Source: Octopus sinensis (lineage: Eukaryota). From it: DNA of 64,000 nt. Position 1 is the stretch's first letter, and every line of letters begins with the position of its first letter. The position numbers and the translations under genes are program-made. Under the pieces are notes generated by a model. The model was not told where the DNA came from and did not search any database. It worked only from the letters and a program-made list of their open reading frames with translations. The stretch lies in the NCBI RefSeq assembly GCF_006345805.1, contig NC_043011.1, positions 34,174,464 through 34,238,463 of the forward strand, in the 5' to 3' direction. Positions 62,968 to 64,000 of this stretch are shown here, piece by piece.

Positions 62968-64000
62968 ACCCTGTGTGCCTTGGGTATGTACTGTGATTTG
63001 TTGTGATGCTCTGATGGTTACTTTATTGAAACTGTTTTGCATAGGATGCGTGCAGTGCCCAGTAATGCAATTTTCTGTATGTTATATGTGTTTGTAAGTC
63101 CTGGTGTTATTGTTATGTATTTGTCTGAATATTTTTTATCATACCTAATGCAGCTACTATGATAGGAATTGTTTCTGTTTTTAGATTCCACATTCGAGTT
63201 ACCACTATTTCTTGTCTTTGTATTTTGAAGGTTTCTCCATTTCTTTCAGAGACACATTGTCATCTGCTGGTATTGACACATCAATTAGAAAACATCTTTT
63301 TTCTTCATGATCTCTGATAACTATATCTGGCCTGTTGGCCTTAATTTCTCTATCTGTGTGTATTGGCATATCCCAGAGTATGGTTGCTTTCTCGTTTTCT
63401 GTGTCCTTTTCTGGTGTGTGCCTATACCATCTTTTTTCTGTTGTTATTCCATAATGTTGGCATAGCTTCCAGTGTATGTAGGTCCCAACTCTGTCGTGTC
63501 TGTGAATATATTCCTTCTTAGCTAGGACTGGGCAGCCAGAGATAATGTGATTTATTGTTTCTTGTCCATCTCCACATATTCTGCAGTTACTTGTTATATT
63601 TCTTTCATTATATGTTTTTGGTAATTTCTGGTGGGGAGGCTGGGATTTTTCTTTGTCTATTTCTTTTGCATTTAGTTTAGTACAGTATTTGCCATGAAGG
63701 GGCTTTTCTTGCCATCATTTTATCATGGTCTGTTGCTGTTCTAGTTTTAGTTTGGATTTCATTTGTTTTATAGCTTTTGTTGTTGTTGTTTCTTCTTCTT
63801 CTTCTTCTTCTTCTTCTTCTTCTTCTTCTTCTTCTTCTTCTTCTTCTTCTTCTTCATATTTGTTAGGTGGTATGATTTCTTGTTTGTATTTGTCAGCTTC
63901 CTTAAATACTGAGAACAGTTTTTTTTTGTTTTGCTCATGTTTTGCTGCTATTTGAATCAGTTTTCCTTGCTTCTGAAGTAGATATTTTTGCAGTCCTATT
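62968..64000 (-). mobile_element. R4/Dong-like non-LTR retrotransposon 3' end (CCHC finger + restriction-like endonuclease)
   Basis: Minus strand: CRICGDGQETINHIISGCPVLAKKEYIHRHDRV..WDMPIHTDREIKANRPDIVIRD..CFLIDVSIP..EK..KY..IPIIVAALG; the 3' end abuts (TAA)/(TGA) repeats. Confidence 0.85.

Overview
AT-rich, microsatellite- and transposon-dense eukaryotic genomic DNA. The repeat landscape (tRNA-derived SINEs, RTE LINE tails ending in (GAT)n, Penelope relics) suggests an octopus/coleoid cephalopod; this assignment is inference. Almost all ORFs in the supplied track are microsatellite or transposon noise. Two spliced genes can be rebuilt by hand on the + strand. (1) An 11-exon, 357-aa CRYZL1 orthologue (quinone oxidoreductase-like 1 / FERRY subunit Fy-4; CDS 3054-32500), whose intron 9 is a minor-spliceosome U12-type AT-AC intron. 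(2) An unrecognised 3-coding-exon gene (50422-57944) for a 75-aa secreted prepropeptide: signal peptide, acidic pro-region, KR cleavage site, an anionic mature peptide with a C-X3-C-X11-C-X3-C motif and a terminal Gly (possible amidation). The rest contains RTE, CR1/L2-like, R4/Dong-like and Penelope-like retroelement relics, mariner, hAT, piggyBac-like and pogo-like DNA elements, and Helitron derivatives. There are also about eight hammerhead-ribozyme-like motifs, most with palindromic stem III and several with long stem II, plus several short fold-back hairpins.
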